In this document: piece after piece, positions 23,675 through 35,927 of the stretch
Layout of the letters: every line of letters begins with the position of its first letter
How positions within the stretch are numbered: position 1 is the stretch's first letter
Assembly (NCBI RefSeq): GCF_020745735.1
Contig: NC_083428.1
Coordinates: 44,708,217-44,772,216, forward strand
Source: Hemiscyllium ocellatum
Lineage: Eukaryota
Length of the DNA stretch: 64,000 nt
Direction: 5' to 3'
The notes under the pieces: model-generated
The model's input: the letters and a program-made list of their open reading frames with translations, nothing else
What the model was told of the DNA's origin: nothing
The model's database searches: none
Position numbers and translations under genes: made by a program

Positions 23675-24775
23675 CACTTGACAAGATTCCTCACGGTAGG
23701 CTGTTGCACAAAATACGGAGGCTTGGGATTGAGGGTGATTTAGTGGGTTGGATCATAAATTAGCTAGCTGAAAGAAGGGAAAGGGTGGTGGTTGATGGGA
23801 AATGTTCATACTGGAGTTCATTTACTAGTGGTGTACTGCAAGGATCTGTTTTAGGGCTACTGCTGTTTGTCATTTTTATAAATGAGCTAGATGAGGGTGT
23901 AGAAGGATGGGTTAGTAATTTGGCAAATGACACTAAGGTCGGTGGAGTTGTGGATAGTGCTGAAGGATGTTGCAGGTTACAGAAGGACATGGATACGCTG
24001 CAGAGCTTGGCTGAGAGGTGACAAATGGAGTTTAATGCAGAAAAGTGTGAGGTGATTCACTTTGGAAGAAGCAAGAGGAGTAAAGAGTACTGGGCTAATG
24101 CTAAGATTCTTGGTAGTGTAGACGAGCAAAGAGATCTGCGTCCATGTACATAGATCCCTGAAAGTTGCCACCCAGGTTGATAGGGTTGTTAAAGAGGCAT
24201 ATGGTGTTTTAGCTTTTGTTGGTGGAGGGATTGAGTTTCGGAGTCACGAGGTCCTGCTTCAGCTGTACAAAACCCTGGTGTGGCCACACTTGGAGTATTG
24301 TGCACAGTTCTGGTCACCGCATTACAGGAAGAATGTGGATACTTTGGAAAAGGTTCAAAGTAGATTTGCCAGGATGTTGCCTGGTATGGAGGGAAGGCTG
24401 GGGGACTTGAGGCTGTTTTTGTTAGAGAGAAGAAGTTGAAGGATGATTTAATTGAGACACATAAGATAATCATAGGGTTAGATAGGGTGGATAGTAGGAG
24501 TCTTTTTCCTCAGATGGTGATGGCTAGCATGAGGGGCCATAGATTTAAATTGAGGAGTGATAGATATAGGACAGATGTCAGAGGTAGTTTCTTTACTCAG
24601 AGTAGTAGGGGTGAGGAATGCTTTGCCTGCAACAGTGTTAGATTTGCCAACTTTAAGGGCATTTAAATGGTCATTGGATAAACATATGGATGAAAATGGA
24701 ATAGTGTAGGATAAGTAGGCTTCAGATTGGTTCCACAGGTCAGTGCAACATTGACGGCCAATGTTCTGTATTCTA
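23675..24775 (+). mobile_element. CR1 RT/3' fragment related to family B, nested in the older CR1
   Basis: QGSVLG, ANDTKVGGVVDS and RYRTDVRG motifs resemble the 14278-16677 ORF. Confidence 0.88.
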
Positions 24776-24988
24776 ACAGGATTGTCAAAGTGGGTGACTT
24801 TAACATCTCCAATATTGACTGGAGCAAGAGGCTTAGACGAGGCAGAATTTGTTAGGTGCATCCAAGAGTGTTTCTTGAAACAGGAGGTTGGATAGTTCAA
24901 TGAGAGGAGGGGCCATTCTGGACCTTGTGTTGGCTATTGACTGACCTTTCAGTAGGAGAACATTTTGGAAACAGTGATCATTACTCCT

Positions 24989-25123
24989 CCATTCTTGATG
25001 AAGGGCTTTTGCCCGAAACATTGATTTTCCTGCTCCTCGGATGTTGCCTGACCTGCTGTGCTTTTCCAGCACCACTGTAATCTAGACTCTGGTTTCCAGC
25101 ATCTGCAGTCCTCACTTTTGCCT
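24989..25123 (+). mobile_element. PLE pseudo-LTR fragment with a decayed hammerhead
   Basis: ATTC-TTGATGA-AGGGCTTTTGCCC-GAAA-CATTG, with C3>T and the ACGT palindrome lost. Confidence 0.8.
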
Positions 25124-25226
25124 CCTTATGTTTTAAGACAGTTATATATAAGGATAATTTGGAACCTTGAGGGAAGATACTAAATTAGGGGAGGACAAAT
25201 AACATGTGTTAGGCAGAAGCTAGGGA

Positions 25227-26198
25227 TGAGGATCTAAAATCTGAACACAGGCTGCTGTCAGGAGCAACCACTTGATCCATAGGCAGCAACAACATGGCTT
25301 CCTAATGCAAGTAACAGGACAAAATGGCTTCTAGGCTACAACTTAACAATTCTGCTTAGAAGTTGCATAAAATGGCTTTAATCCTGGTAAAAGCAAGCTG
25401 CATTCCTAAATTAATCATAATGTGCTCCGACAAACATTAGCAGACAATGTTTCCTTTTCAGCATAGAAATAACTAGACTAGATAAGACATCACTAGCCAT
25501 CCTAACTGACCTTGCAAATGCAGGTGGAGAGAATAGTTTCAGGAGATAAAGGTGCTTGGATGTGTAAAGCATGGTTGGTTCCCAGGAAATATCATTGAGC
25601 TAAATTGCTGTCAATAATGTCACTCTATTAAATTTGATTGGTAATTGTCTGAATCTACTTTGTAACCATGGCAGTACGACTTTTCAGAAAATATATAAAA
25701 ATGGCTTTGTCTTAAGCCATGTGCATAACTTTCTCCTAGGAGCACAGAAGTGTTTGACCTCTGTGTTGCTGGACAACCTATTCCCAGCCGTGATAATTAA
25801 AGTGTGAAATTTCGCAGGACCAGACCAAATTGCTAGTGTTTATTTTTCAGATTAGATTAGATTACTTACAGTGTGGAAACAGGCCCTTCGGCCCAATAAG
25901 TCCACACCGACCCGCCAAAGCGCCACCCACTCGTATCCCTACATTTACCCCTTCATCTAACACTACGGGCAATTTAGCACGGCCAATTCACCTGATCTGC
26001 ACATCTTTGGACTGTGGGAGGAAACCAGAGCACCCGGAGGAAACCCACGCAGACACGGGGAGAATGTTCAAACTTCACACAGTCAGTCGCTTGAGGCGGG
26101 AATTGAACCCGGTCTCTGGTGCTGTGAGGCAGCAGTGCTAACCACTGTGCCACCGTGCTGCCCAACGGCAAGACCCCTCCCATGGGTCGAGATCTTCA
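25227..26198 (+). mobile_element. Solo LTR (ERV- or Gypsy-type) with a nested SINE
   Basis: Termini TGAGGATCT...AGATCTTCA (TG..CA, 8/9 inverted match). 4-bp TSD GGGA at 25223-25226 and 26199-26202. Internal TATATAAAA (~25692) and AATTAAA (~25795). Confidence 0.85.
25850..26163 (-). mobile_element. tRNA-derived V-SINE (HE1-like)
   Basis: A box TGGCACAGTGG, B box GGTTCAATTCC, V-domain TTCTCCCCGTGTCTGCGTGGGTTTCCTCCGGGTGCTC, CR1-like tail ending (AATCT)n. Confidence 0.9.
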
Positions 26199-29100
26199 GG
26201 GAGTGTTAATTGGAAACAACTGCTATCAGGCGAGTTCACATTTGACATGTGGGAGTTGTTTGAAGGCCTAATGACCAGAGTTCAGGACCAGCATGTATCA
26301 GTCAGGAGGAAGCTTAGGGATGTCAAGGTATGGGAGGGAGATTGTGAATTCAGTCAAAAAGGAAGAGGAAGCATGTGTAAGGTATAGAAAGCTAAAATCC
26401 GACAGGGCCTCTGAGGGATATAAAGCAGGAAAGAACTCTAGCAAGAACGGGCCAAGAAATGTCCTCGGCAAGAAGGGTTAAAGAAAATCCCACGGCATTT
26501 TATACGTATGTTAAAAGCAAGGGCTAACTCTGAAGAGGGTAGGCCACTCAAGGATAAAGGAGGGAACATTTGCTTGGAGGCAGAGGATATGGGCACGATC
26601 CTAAATGAGTACTTTGTGTCGGTATTCATCCCGGAGCAGGACATGGAGGATAACGAGATAAGTGTGGAGCATGCCAGTATGCTAGGACATTTTGAAGTCA
26701 AGAATGAAGTGGTGCTGGATCTCTTGAAGAGCATTAAGGGGGTAGGTCTCCAGGGCTTGATGGGATCTACCCAGTTTATTGAGATAGGCAAGAGAGCAGA
26801 TTGCTGGGGGCATTGACCAAGATATATGTTTCCTCTAGCCACTGGAAAGCTCCTTGAAGACTGGCAAGTAGCTAATGTTCCTCTTTTCAAGAAGGCAAAT
26901 AGGGATAATCCAGGAAACCATAAGACTGGTCAGTCTCACCTCAGTGGTTGGGAACCTATTGGAAAGGATACTTAGGATTTGCATGCATTTGGAAAAACGT
27001 GGCCTAATTAGGAACAGTCAGCATGGCTTTGTGTAGGGCAGATCATGTCTTACTAACTTGATCTTTTTTGAGGAGTTGACGAGTGATCAATTAGGGTAGA
27101 TCAGTGGATATTGCTTAAGGATTTTTGTAAGCTTTCAACAAGGTCTGTCATGGTAGGCTCACCCAGAAGTTTAAGATGCCTGGGATCTATGGTGCCTTGG
27201 CCTTTGGATTCAGAATGGGCTTGCCCATAGAAGGCAGAGGGTAGTGGTGGAAGCATGGTTTGGCTGGAGGTCCTTGACGGGTGGTTCGCAGGGATCTGTA
27301 TTGGGCCCTCTGTTGTTTGTGATAGGATGAAAATGTAGATGGGTGAGTTTGTAAGTTTGCAGATGTATCAAAGATCAGAGAGTTGTGGATAGTGTAGAAG
27401 GTTGTCAAAAGATACTGTGATATATATGTCATTTGCAGAAATGGGCTGAGAAATGGCAGATGGAGTTCAATCTGGGCAGGTGTGAGGTAGTGCACTTTGG
27501 GAGATCAACTGTTAGGGGAAAGTATACAGTTATTGGCAGGGCCCTTAACAGCATTGATGTCTTTAAGTCCAACGCTCCCTGAAAGTAGCCACACAAGTAG
27601 ATAGGGTGGTAAAGAAGGTGTATGGCATGCTTGCCTTTTATTGGTCAGGCCACTGAGTACAAGGGTCATGTTGTGGCTTTATAAAACTTTGGTTAGGCAA
27701 TACATAGAGTATTGTTGTCAATTCTGAACTCTACATTACAGGAAGTATATGGATACTTTGGAGAGGGTGTAGATAATGTTAACCTGTATTAGAGGGTATG
27801 AGGTATAAGGAGAGGTGGACAAACTAGGGTTGTTTTTTCTGAAGCAGAGGAGACTGAAGGGAGACCGGAGTCTGAAGATCTGAAATTTATGAAATTGAGA
27901 GGCGTAGATCAGGTTGACAGTTAACCTTTTCCCCAGAGTTGAAATGCCTCTGACTAGAGGGCATGCTTTTAAGGAAAGAGGGGGAAAGTTTTACACGGTG
28001 TTTTACACAGAATGCGGGTGCATGGAATGCATTGCCAGGGCTAGTGGTGGAGGCAGATACAATAGGGACATCTAAGCGGTTTTAAGATAGACACATGAAT
28101 AAGTAAGGAATGGAGGGATATAGAGTAGTTTAATTTGGTGTCATGTTTAGTAGGCTGTTTCTGTGCTTCACTGTTTTGTGTTGTCATTGTAGCTAACATC
28201 CTGGTGAATCTCCCCCTTTGGTTCATCGCATCCTTCCAATAGTGTGGTGACCTGAACTGGACACAGTATTTCATTTGTGGCCTAATGGATGTTTTATAAA
28301 GTTGTCACAAAATCTCGTTGCTCTGATATTCTACACCACAGTTAATGAAGGCCATTTGCCGTCTTCACCACCTAATTTACCTGTGCTGACACTTTCAGGG
28401 ATCTATGGACATGTACACTATGGTTTGTGTTCTTCAGTACTCCCCAGGCCCCTACCATTTATTGTGCCTTCCCAACCTTATTAGACCTTATAAAATACAT
28501 CACTTCATATTTATAACAAACCCTGATTTTCATATTGGACAAGTCAGGTCGCAGCAAGAAACGTGGCTTGATAGATCATAAGTTTTATTTTTACAATTTG
28601 GCTTCTGTGGTAGTTATTCATGGAACATATCCACACAAACAGAAGTTTATTACATTTTGGAAAAAAATCAAGGATGATGTCCAGTGAGTGTGAATCAGTG
28701 CTCTGATTGCTGTCTGTGTCTGAGCAGATTTTGGATGAAGCTGTCGAGAGAGAGGCAGTGATTGCTTTTACAGGGAATGTGGGAATTAACTTAAATTTTA
28801 CCCTTGTTTGTAAAATGTTTTTGTTTAGTTGTTATAAAGTAGCGACTGGTGACCAAAGGTTGGAGAAGTGTTTAAATATTGTTTTTTGTGGGTGTGTTAT
28901 CTAACTGGAAACACATTAGTCCAGACAGAGTATGATTTCCAAGCAACTGAACAGCATTAAACTAATTAAAGTAAAGGTAGTATAGTTGATGTATTTTATA
29001 TGGATTTCAGGTAAAGTTTGTGACATGGTCCCACAAAAGAGTTTGATGAAGATGGGATCCAGGGTAACTTGGCAAGTTGGATCCAAAATTGCTTGAACCA

Positions 29101-31215
29101 GAGGGTGATGGATGAAGGCTATTTGTGTGACTGAAGGCCAGTGTCTATCTGGATCAGTGCTGGGTCCTTTTATTGATCGTGATGCGTGTAAATATGTAAA
29201 TGCCAATGTTGGGCGGGGATGGGTGCGCATGATAACGAAGTTTGTGGATGATACAAAGACTGATTGCGTAATTGATCGTGAGGAAAAATGTCTTAGATTA
29301 GAGAAGGATGTTAGTCACATTGGTCAGATGTACAGATGAATGGCAGATAGAATTTAACCCTGATAAGTGTGAGGTAAATGCATTTTGGAAAAAGAAACAA
29401 GGCAAGGACAAGGCTCTGAATGGTGGGACATTAGGAAGCTTTAGGGAGCAAAGGGATCTTGGGATGTTTGTTTACAGATCAATAAAGGCAGCAGGGCAGG
29501 TTAGTGGGGTAGTTAAGAAGGTAGCCTTTATCAAGCAAGGCATTGATTATAAGAACAAGAGAGGTAAGGAAGGTAGCTCCTTAGAAAGTCCCAAGGAAAT
29601 TAATTGTGGATCTGAATAAAGATTAATGTAAATAAATCATTGGCTTTTAAGAAATAAATGGAATTACAGAGTGACAGATCCCCAGGACCTGACGGTTTCT
29701 GTTCAAGGGTACTGGAGAGGAGTATATTGTAGATGCCCTAACTGTAATCTTTCAGATATCCCTTGTTAGAGAGGTCATCCCTCTGGACTGGAAAATTGTA
29801 CATGTCTCTCCATTTTTTTAAAGAAGGGTGAAGGGAGAAAGCCAAGTAAATACAGACCTGTTAGTCTATCATCTGTGGTGGGAAAAGTTTTGGAGTCCAC
29901 AATCAAGGATGGGATAACTAAACACGTTTAAAAGGTTTGTTAATCAGGGAGAGCCAGCATGGGTTCATGACCAGTAGATCATACCTGACAAACCTCTTTT
30001 TGAAATTCTTGAAGAGGAGGAATGTTTATGGATATTGTTTATGTGGACTTTCCAGGATGCATTTGATAAATTCCTGCATGAGAGACTTAATGGATATGTA
30101 CACAAATTGGTAGGATGGGACCACTGGTGTTCCACAAGGGATCTGTGTTAGGTGCTCGATTATTTGTTATTTGTTAATGACTTTGACAATGACATAGAAA
30201 GTCATATATCCAAATTTGCTGATGCTACAAAGTTAGGCAACACTTATAGACAATGTAGATGGTAATAAACTTACAAGTAGATAGTGATAGACTAAGTGAA
30301 TGGGTAAACTGTGGCAGATGAAGTTTAATGTATGCAAGTGTGAAGTTATCCATTTTGAACCAAAAAAAAAGATCGGGGTATCTTTTAGATGGTATGAATT
30401 TAACTACAATGATTATCCCAAAAAGACTTGAGGGTTGGTGCATAAGTCTTTTTAAAATGTCACAGAGGTACAGAAAATAATTCAGAAAGCTAATGAAATA
30501 TTGGCTGTTATATCTAGAGGATAGAGTACAAGGATTGCTGTAGTTATGCAAAGACCCCACTGGGAGCACTAACTAGCAGATGTGGGCAGCATGCTTAGGA
30601 AATAGACCTGGCCTTGGAGGAAGTATAAAGTAGGTTTAGAGAATGATGTGTTAAGCTATAAGGAGAGATGACACAAATTAGACCTATTTTCTCTAGAATT
30701 TAGAAGATTATGGAATGATCTGATTGAAATCTTAAAAGATATTAACAGGAAAGGACGGGCTAGATAAAGATAAGCTGTTTCCATGATTGGGAATTCTAGA
30801 ACTTGGGGCATAGTCTGAGACTTGGGGCCAGACCATTCAAGAAAGATATTAAGAAGCACTTCAACACAGAAGGTATTTTAGATGTTTGAAACTCTTCCAC
30901 AAATGACAGTGGATGCAGGATCAGTTGTTAATTTTAAATCCCAGATCGATAAATCTGTTAAGTGAAGGTATTAAGGGATATGGGCCAAGGGTATTTATAT
31001 GGAGTCAGACCACAGATCACCCATGATCTCATTGAATGGTGGAGCAGGCTCGAGGGGCTGAATGGCCTACTCCTGTTCCTATGACTTTGGTTAACCACAA
31101 CTGGATGGTCCTGGCCACTGCACTATAGAAAGGATGTGATTGCACTGGAGAGAGTACTAAGGAGATACTCCAGGAAGTTGTCCCAGCTGGAGCATCTTAG
31201 CTATGAAGAGACCCT

Positions 31216-32135
31216 TGTTATGAAGTTGACGGCGTACCTTTTAAGAGAGAGTGAAAGTTGAAAAGCTGGCAAACCCCTGTCATGTGACTGGCTGCAAGCA
31301 CAAAGTGTACTGGATAATTTCAAGATGCAACATTTGAGCTGTAACTCAGATACTGAGTTGTTTTCACAACAATTCGAATTTAGCCAGTCAGCTTAAATTT
31401 TGCCCCAAGATACTAAAACCCAATCGAATTTGAATTTTACTGTTTTGACAACATTGAACCAATGAGACAATCCGATGTTTTGGGATTTAAAAAGCCGGCA
31501 TTTTGGGATAGTTATCCAGAGAAAGAGCACCATCTTACATTCGAATGCCTGCCTGCAACCTTTCCTTTTGAAAGGTACCTTTTTCATATGAAACATTTTT
31601 GCAGCAGAAGGCCGCAAACAGGGAAGCCAACAAACAGAGGAAGTTCGACACTTGAAGACCACAGCTAGTTTTGAAAAGTGATTTGCTGCAAATTTAATAG
31701 GGGCTTTATCGGATCAGTATGTTGTTATAGAGTGGGAGGTAGATGACAACTTTTTGAGAATGGAGGCTTACAGTTGTGAATAGTTTTTGTTTAATGTTCT
31801 CTTTTGGAGTTAAAGAATAAAATTATTGTTGTTTTCTTTTAATAGTGGGATTTGGGTAGTTCTCGGTCACCCTTACTTAAACAGATTACAAGGCGAGGTG
31901 AGATTTTTTTTTATGTGGAGAAAGTGAGGACTGCAGATGCTGGAGATCAGAGCTGAAAATGTGTTGCTGGAAAAGTGCAGCAGGTCAGGCAGCATCCAAG
32001 GAGCAGGAGATTCGACGTCAATTCTCCTGCTCCTTGGATTCTGCCTGACCTGCTGTGCTTTTCCAGCAACACATTTTCAGAGCTTTTCTCTGTGTTTGGT
32101 TTAATTAGCAGAAGGGTTTATTCCGTGTCATAACA
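31216..32135 (+). mobile_element. Solo LTR-like element
   Basis: Perfect 8-bp inverted termini TGTTATGA...TCATAACA. Internal CCAAT boxes, TTTAAAA and AATAAA (~31816). No clean TSD. Confidence 0.7.
31917..32080. mobile_element. PLE pseudo-LTR fold-back (palindrome) inserted in the solo LTR
   Basis: 64-bp inverted arms (31953-32016 and 32017-32080) centred on GACGTC. Confidence 0.88.
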
Positions 32136-33713
32136 TGCTGGATAAGTTTGGTTTGTTTTATTTGAAGCAGAGAAGGTTGAGGTCAACCTGATGTAGTTGT
32201 ACAAGATTGAGGGGCACGGACAGTGTGGATAGAAAACAGCTGTTCCCTTTAGCTTGAATAGTCAATAATAAGGGGGCATAATTTTAAGGTGAAATTAGGA
32301 TTAAAGGGGTCTTGAGGAAAGATTGTTTCATCCAGAGGGTGGTATGGTCTGGAATGTACTGAGAAAACAGTTGAGACGAGTAATCTTATCCTTAATAAAG
32401 TACTTGGATGAATGCTTGTAATGCCATAATATTCAAGGCCGTGGCCTCATGCTGGATAGTAGGATTAGTATAGGCGTAGTGTATTTTTGGCAGTACAATG
32501 GGCCAAAGTGCCTCTTCTGCACTTAACGATTCATTAATGAATCATTAATGCTGATTATTTGTTGTAGAATTGTTTATAACACGGGAGGAGAACATTCAGC
32601 CCATTATATCACCACTCCATTCACAGCTAATCCCCTTAATTACCTACGTACCTCTGCATCTTTATTTTCCCAAGTGCCATCTTTATTTCCTTTTGAAATT
32701 TTTCAGTTAGATGGCTAAAGTATGATGCAGAAAAATGCGAACAGCGTGGTTAAGTCTCGAGGCTGGTTGTGCTGCATATGGAGGCCCACATCACTGCCTT
32801 TTAAGCTACACAACCAATGATTTCACTCTGAGGGAGAGAAACCCCCATCATCCCCTGATGTCTCTGCCAATCCCATGAGTGAATTTACAGGAGTGGGAAA
32901 GTTGCTGTTGGATTAACAGCTGCCAAGCCTTTGCTTACTGGTTACTAGGTCATTAGAATTAAAGTTGGCCCAATTCACAATTTAAGCAGTGTACACGCTT
33001 TAAACAAATACTTCCTGCAAATGCAAAGCACGTTTATCAACTGTTAAGCAACTTTTAAAGATTAGCTGTGCAAGATCAGAACATAGTAAAAAGACAAACT
33101 CATTTCAAGAGGATATAGTCAAATTGTAAGAAAACAAAAGGTCACAACATGGGGGGCATGATTATTAGTGCATTCTTCCCAATTAAGTTGTGACAGATGC
33201 TCCTTAAAATCTATTGGTATATTTTTGACCAAGCTTTAGGTCATTGGTATTATGTGGCCTTAATGTGTCTGAGTCAAACTTTTGTTTCATAATACTTCTG
33301 ATGAGCACCTTGAGATGTTTTGCTATGTTATAGGTGCTTTGCAAGTACAGGCTACCCTAACACAGGAAATGCGAGAAATTCACAGCAAGCGTGGCAACAT
33401 TTTGAGTACCGTTGTTTGTGAGAAAGCATTATCATTTAGTTAAGACATGGTATTTGCAAAAACTTATTTATGTTTTGAAGTTGAAATAATAATATGAAAT
33501 AATCTATCCCAAGACAAAGCCCAGTCACGACTGCCAACCATAACTGCTCTAAATCCTTGGTGTATGTAACTTTGTGCTCCCCCCTTAACATTTCACTATC
33601 TAAACAGGGTGCTCATGCAGCACAGTGTGAAGAAATATGCAGTACAATGAACACAAGTTAAAAATACTTTGTGATCTGGATGTAATTCAGAAATACTCTG
33701 TCTTCCTTTTCAG

Positions 33714-33839
33714 ATGTGGATGAGTGCAGAAACCCTGACTTGTGTGACCAGATTTGTCTAAACCTGCCTGGATCATATGTCTGTGAGTGCTCCCAGGGAT
33801 ATCAGAAGGACACACACACTGGCACTTGCCAAGCTGCGG
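33714..33839 (+). CDS. LDLR-family gene, exon 4: calcium-binding EGF-B
   Basis: Acceptor ttttcag|, donor G|GTAGGT, 126 nt (as LDLR exon 8). Encodes [42 protein letters not shown]. Confidence 0.95.
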
Positions 33840-34469
33840 GTAGGTTGTTATTTGTGCTACCTCTTTGATTTTCTGGTCACTCCTTTATTTAGAAAGGGAC
33901 TGACTGGATGCTGTGTGGAATACTGAAGTTTTCCTCAAAAAGGTAATGGTTTGCTGATGAGTTCTTTGATCTTAATTAAAAAGAGACAGAGCAGGAGTCT
34001 CTGTCATATCCCTGACCTTTTAGTCTTTGTTAATCATTCCATTTTTGTTGGATTGATGTAAATCTTTTTATGATGTAGGTAGCTATAACTTATACAACCC
34101 CACTTATTATATTGTTTCCTTCTGAAACAAAGTGCTACTTTCCAAGGAGTGCTAAGGCCAGGATTTAAAACAAACATCTGCTCTTGTTTAAGTGGAGACA
34201 CAAACATAAATTTAATACTTTTTATTTTGCCTCTCCCAAGAGGCAAGTTAATCGCTGGTGGGTGTTGGGAATGTTAAAGTATTGTGACAGTGGGGCACAT
34301 TCAGGGGCTGGTCTTTGCCTGTTCAGGATGCTGTTTCTGGTTTTGAGTACTTTGGGAAAAGGAGATGAAATTGATTCTGAAGGTGCCAGGTGTTGGTTTC
34401 AAAAGGAGGCTGGTCTTTTTACATGTCACCAATGTTGTCGGTATTGCATCAAATTCTGCTTTCTTTTTT

Positions 34470-35345
34470 CACTCATTGGGTATGGGCGTCTGTGTTGACC
34501 AACATTTATTGCCTGTTCCCAGTTGCCTTTGAGAAGGTGATGGTGAACTGTCTCTTGAACAATTGCAGTTCATGTCTGTAGTAGACCCACATGCCATTAG
34601 AGTATTCCAAGATTTTGACCCAGTGACAATGAAGGAGAGGTGATGTGTTTTAAATTGGAGGGGAGTTTTCAGATGGTAGCTTGGAGGGGCATTTGCAAGC
34701 GGTAGTATTCCCATGTATCTGCTGCACTGTCCTTCTAAATCAAGGTGGTCATGTGTTTCGAAGATGCTGTCTGAGGATCTTTGGTGAATTTCTGCAGTGC
34801 TCCTTGGAGATACTGCTACTGAGTGTTGCTGGTGGAGAGAGTGGATGCTTGTGGATGTATTGCCAACGAAGTGGGCTCATTTATCTTGGATGCTGTGAAG
34901 CTTCCTGTGTATTGTTGGAGTTGCATTCATTCAGGAAAGTGAGGAATATTCCATCACACTCTTGACTTACGTCTTGTAGATGGTGGACAGGCTTTGGGAG
35001 TCAAGAGGTGTTACTTGCTGCAGTATTCCTATCCTCTGACCTGCTCTTTATAGCCATTACATTTATATGGCGAGTATCATTGTGTTTCTGGTTAACCCCA
35101 GGATGTTGATAGTGGGGGATTCATTTATGGTGACGCCATTTAAAATCAAAGAGCAGTGCTTAGATTGTCTCCTTTTGGAGATGGTCATTGCCAGGCATTT
35201 GTGTGGTGTATTACTTGTCACTTGTGCCAGGTATGACTCCAAAATGGTGGAAGGTTTTTCCCCCCCGACTCCCATTGATTCCAGTTTTGCTAAGGCTCCT
35301 TGATGCCATACTTGGTTGAATGGTCTTGACATCAAGAGCTGTCAC
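34470..35345 (-). mobile_element. Old CR1/L2-clade LINE fragment; related pieces at ~37040-37360, 39580-40390, 53405-53700 and 62050-62250
   Basis: Minus strand FNQVWHQGALAKLESMG is an RT motif. The pieces share the CATTTATTGCC...GAGAAGGTGGTG end. Confidence 0.65.
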
Positions 35346-35755
35346 TATCACTTCTGGTTGGATCAATGAATAGTTATCCAGTTGAAAATCTTGATTCACA
35401 TTTTTCTTTATTATAGTAAACATACTATCGCTGTAGATAATGCAACAAAGATTAGTTCAGTACTGTACAAAGAGTGGCATGTCTACCCAGTCAGCCATCT
35501 GGGCAGTTGCTTTTGACATTGCCCTATTTCCAACATTAGAGCTCCAGCTTTGTTTGGTGAGTGATTTTGATTTGGATTGCTAGCTCTGTTTCTGTACCCC
35601 TTGAGTTTCAGTTAACAGCACAGCTTTGTGAGCAGGTATTGAGTGGATGCAACTGTGCAGGGTAAAAATATGCTAAGCACAAAACAGACAGTTGGAGAAC
35701 TGGAGAGAATGAGCGATTATTGTACTCTATTTTCTGTTGTTTTCCTGCTTGCTAG

Positions 35756-35927
35756 GAGAGGAACCATTCATGATTGTCACTAACCGTGGAGATATCAAGA
35801 GCATAAATATGAACAGAACGGAATATTTGGAGATAGCTGATAGATTGCAGAGCGCAACAGCTCTCAGCATGGATATCACCTCATCAACCATCTTTTGGTC
35901 TGGTGACAAACATCATGGAATTTTCAG
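35756..35927 (+). CDS. LDLR-family gene, exon 5: YWTD beta-propeller, part 1
   Basis: Acceptor gctag|, donor AG|GTAAAC, 172 nt, phase 1-2 (as LDLR exon 9). Encodes GEEPFMIVTNRGDI...IFWSGD...GIFR. Confidence 0.93.

Larger units (their letters stand above)
22600..28190 (+). mobile_element. Near full-length degenerate CR1 (ORF1 SGNH/GDSL esterase plus ORF2) carrying four nested insertions
   Basis: ORF1 fragments VIGDSLVRG...CLPG...GTSD...NGLHLNWRG. ORF2 endonuclease ~23370-23660 resumes at 24780 (GDFN), and the RT runs ~26800-28100. Confidence 0.85.
28920..32530 (+). mobile_element. Stacked degenerate CR1 fragments; the last is split by a solo LTR
   Basis: KFVDDTK, EQRDLG and a repeated RT-to-3'UTR series. 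The CR1 sequence broken at 31215 resumes at 32136. Confidence 0.8.

Noticed and set aside
25850-26163. tRNA gene
   Set aside because: The A/B boxes belong to a SINE head that continues into the V-domain and LINE tail, with no complete cloverleaf.
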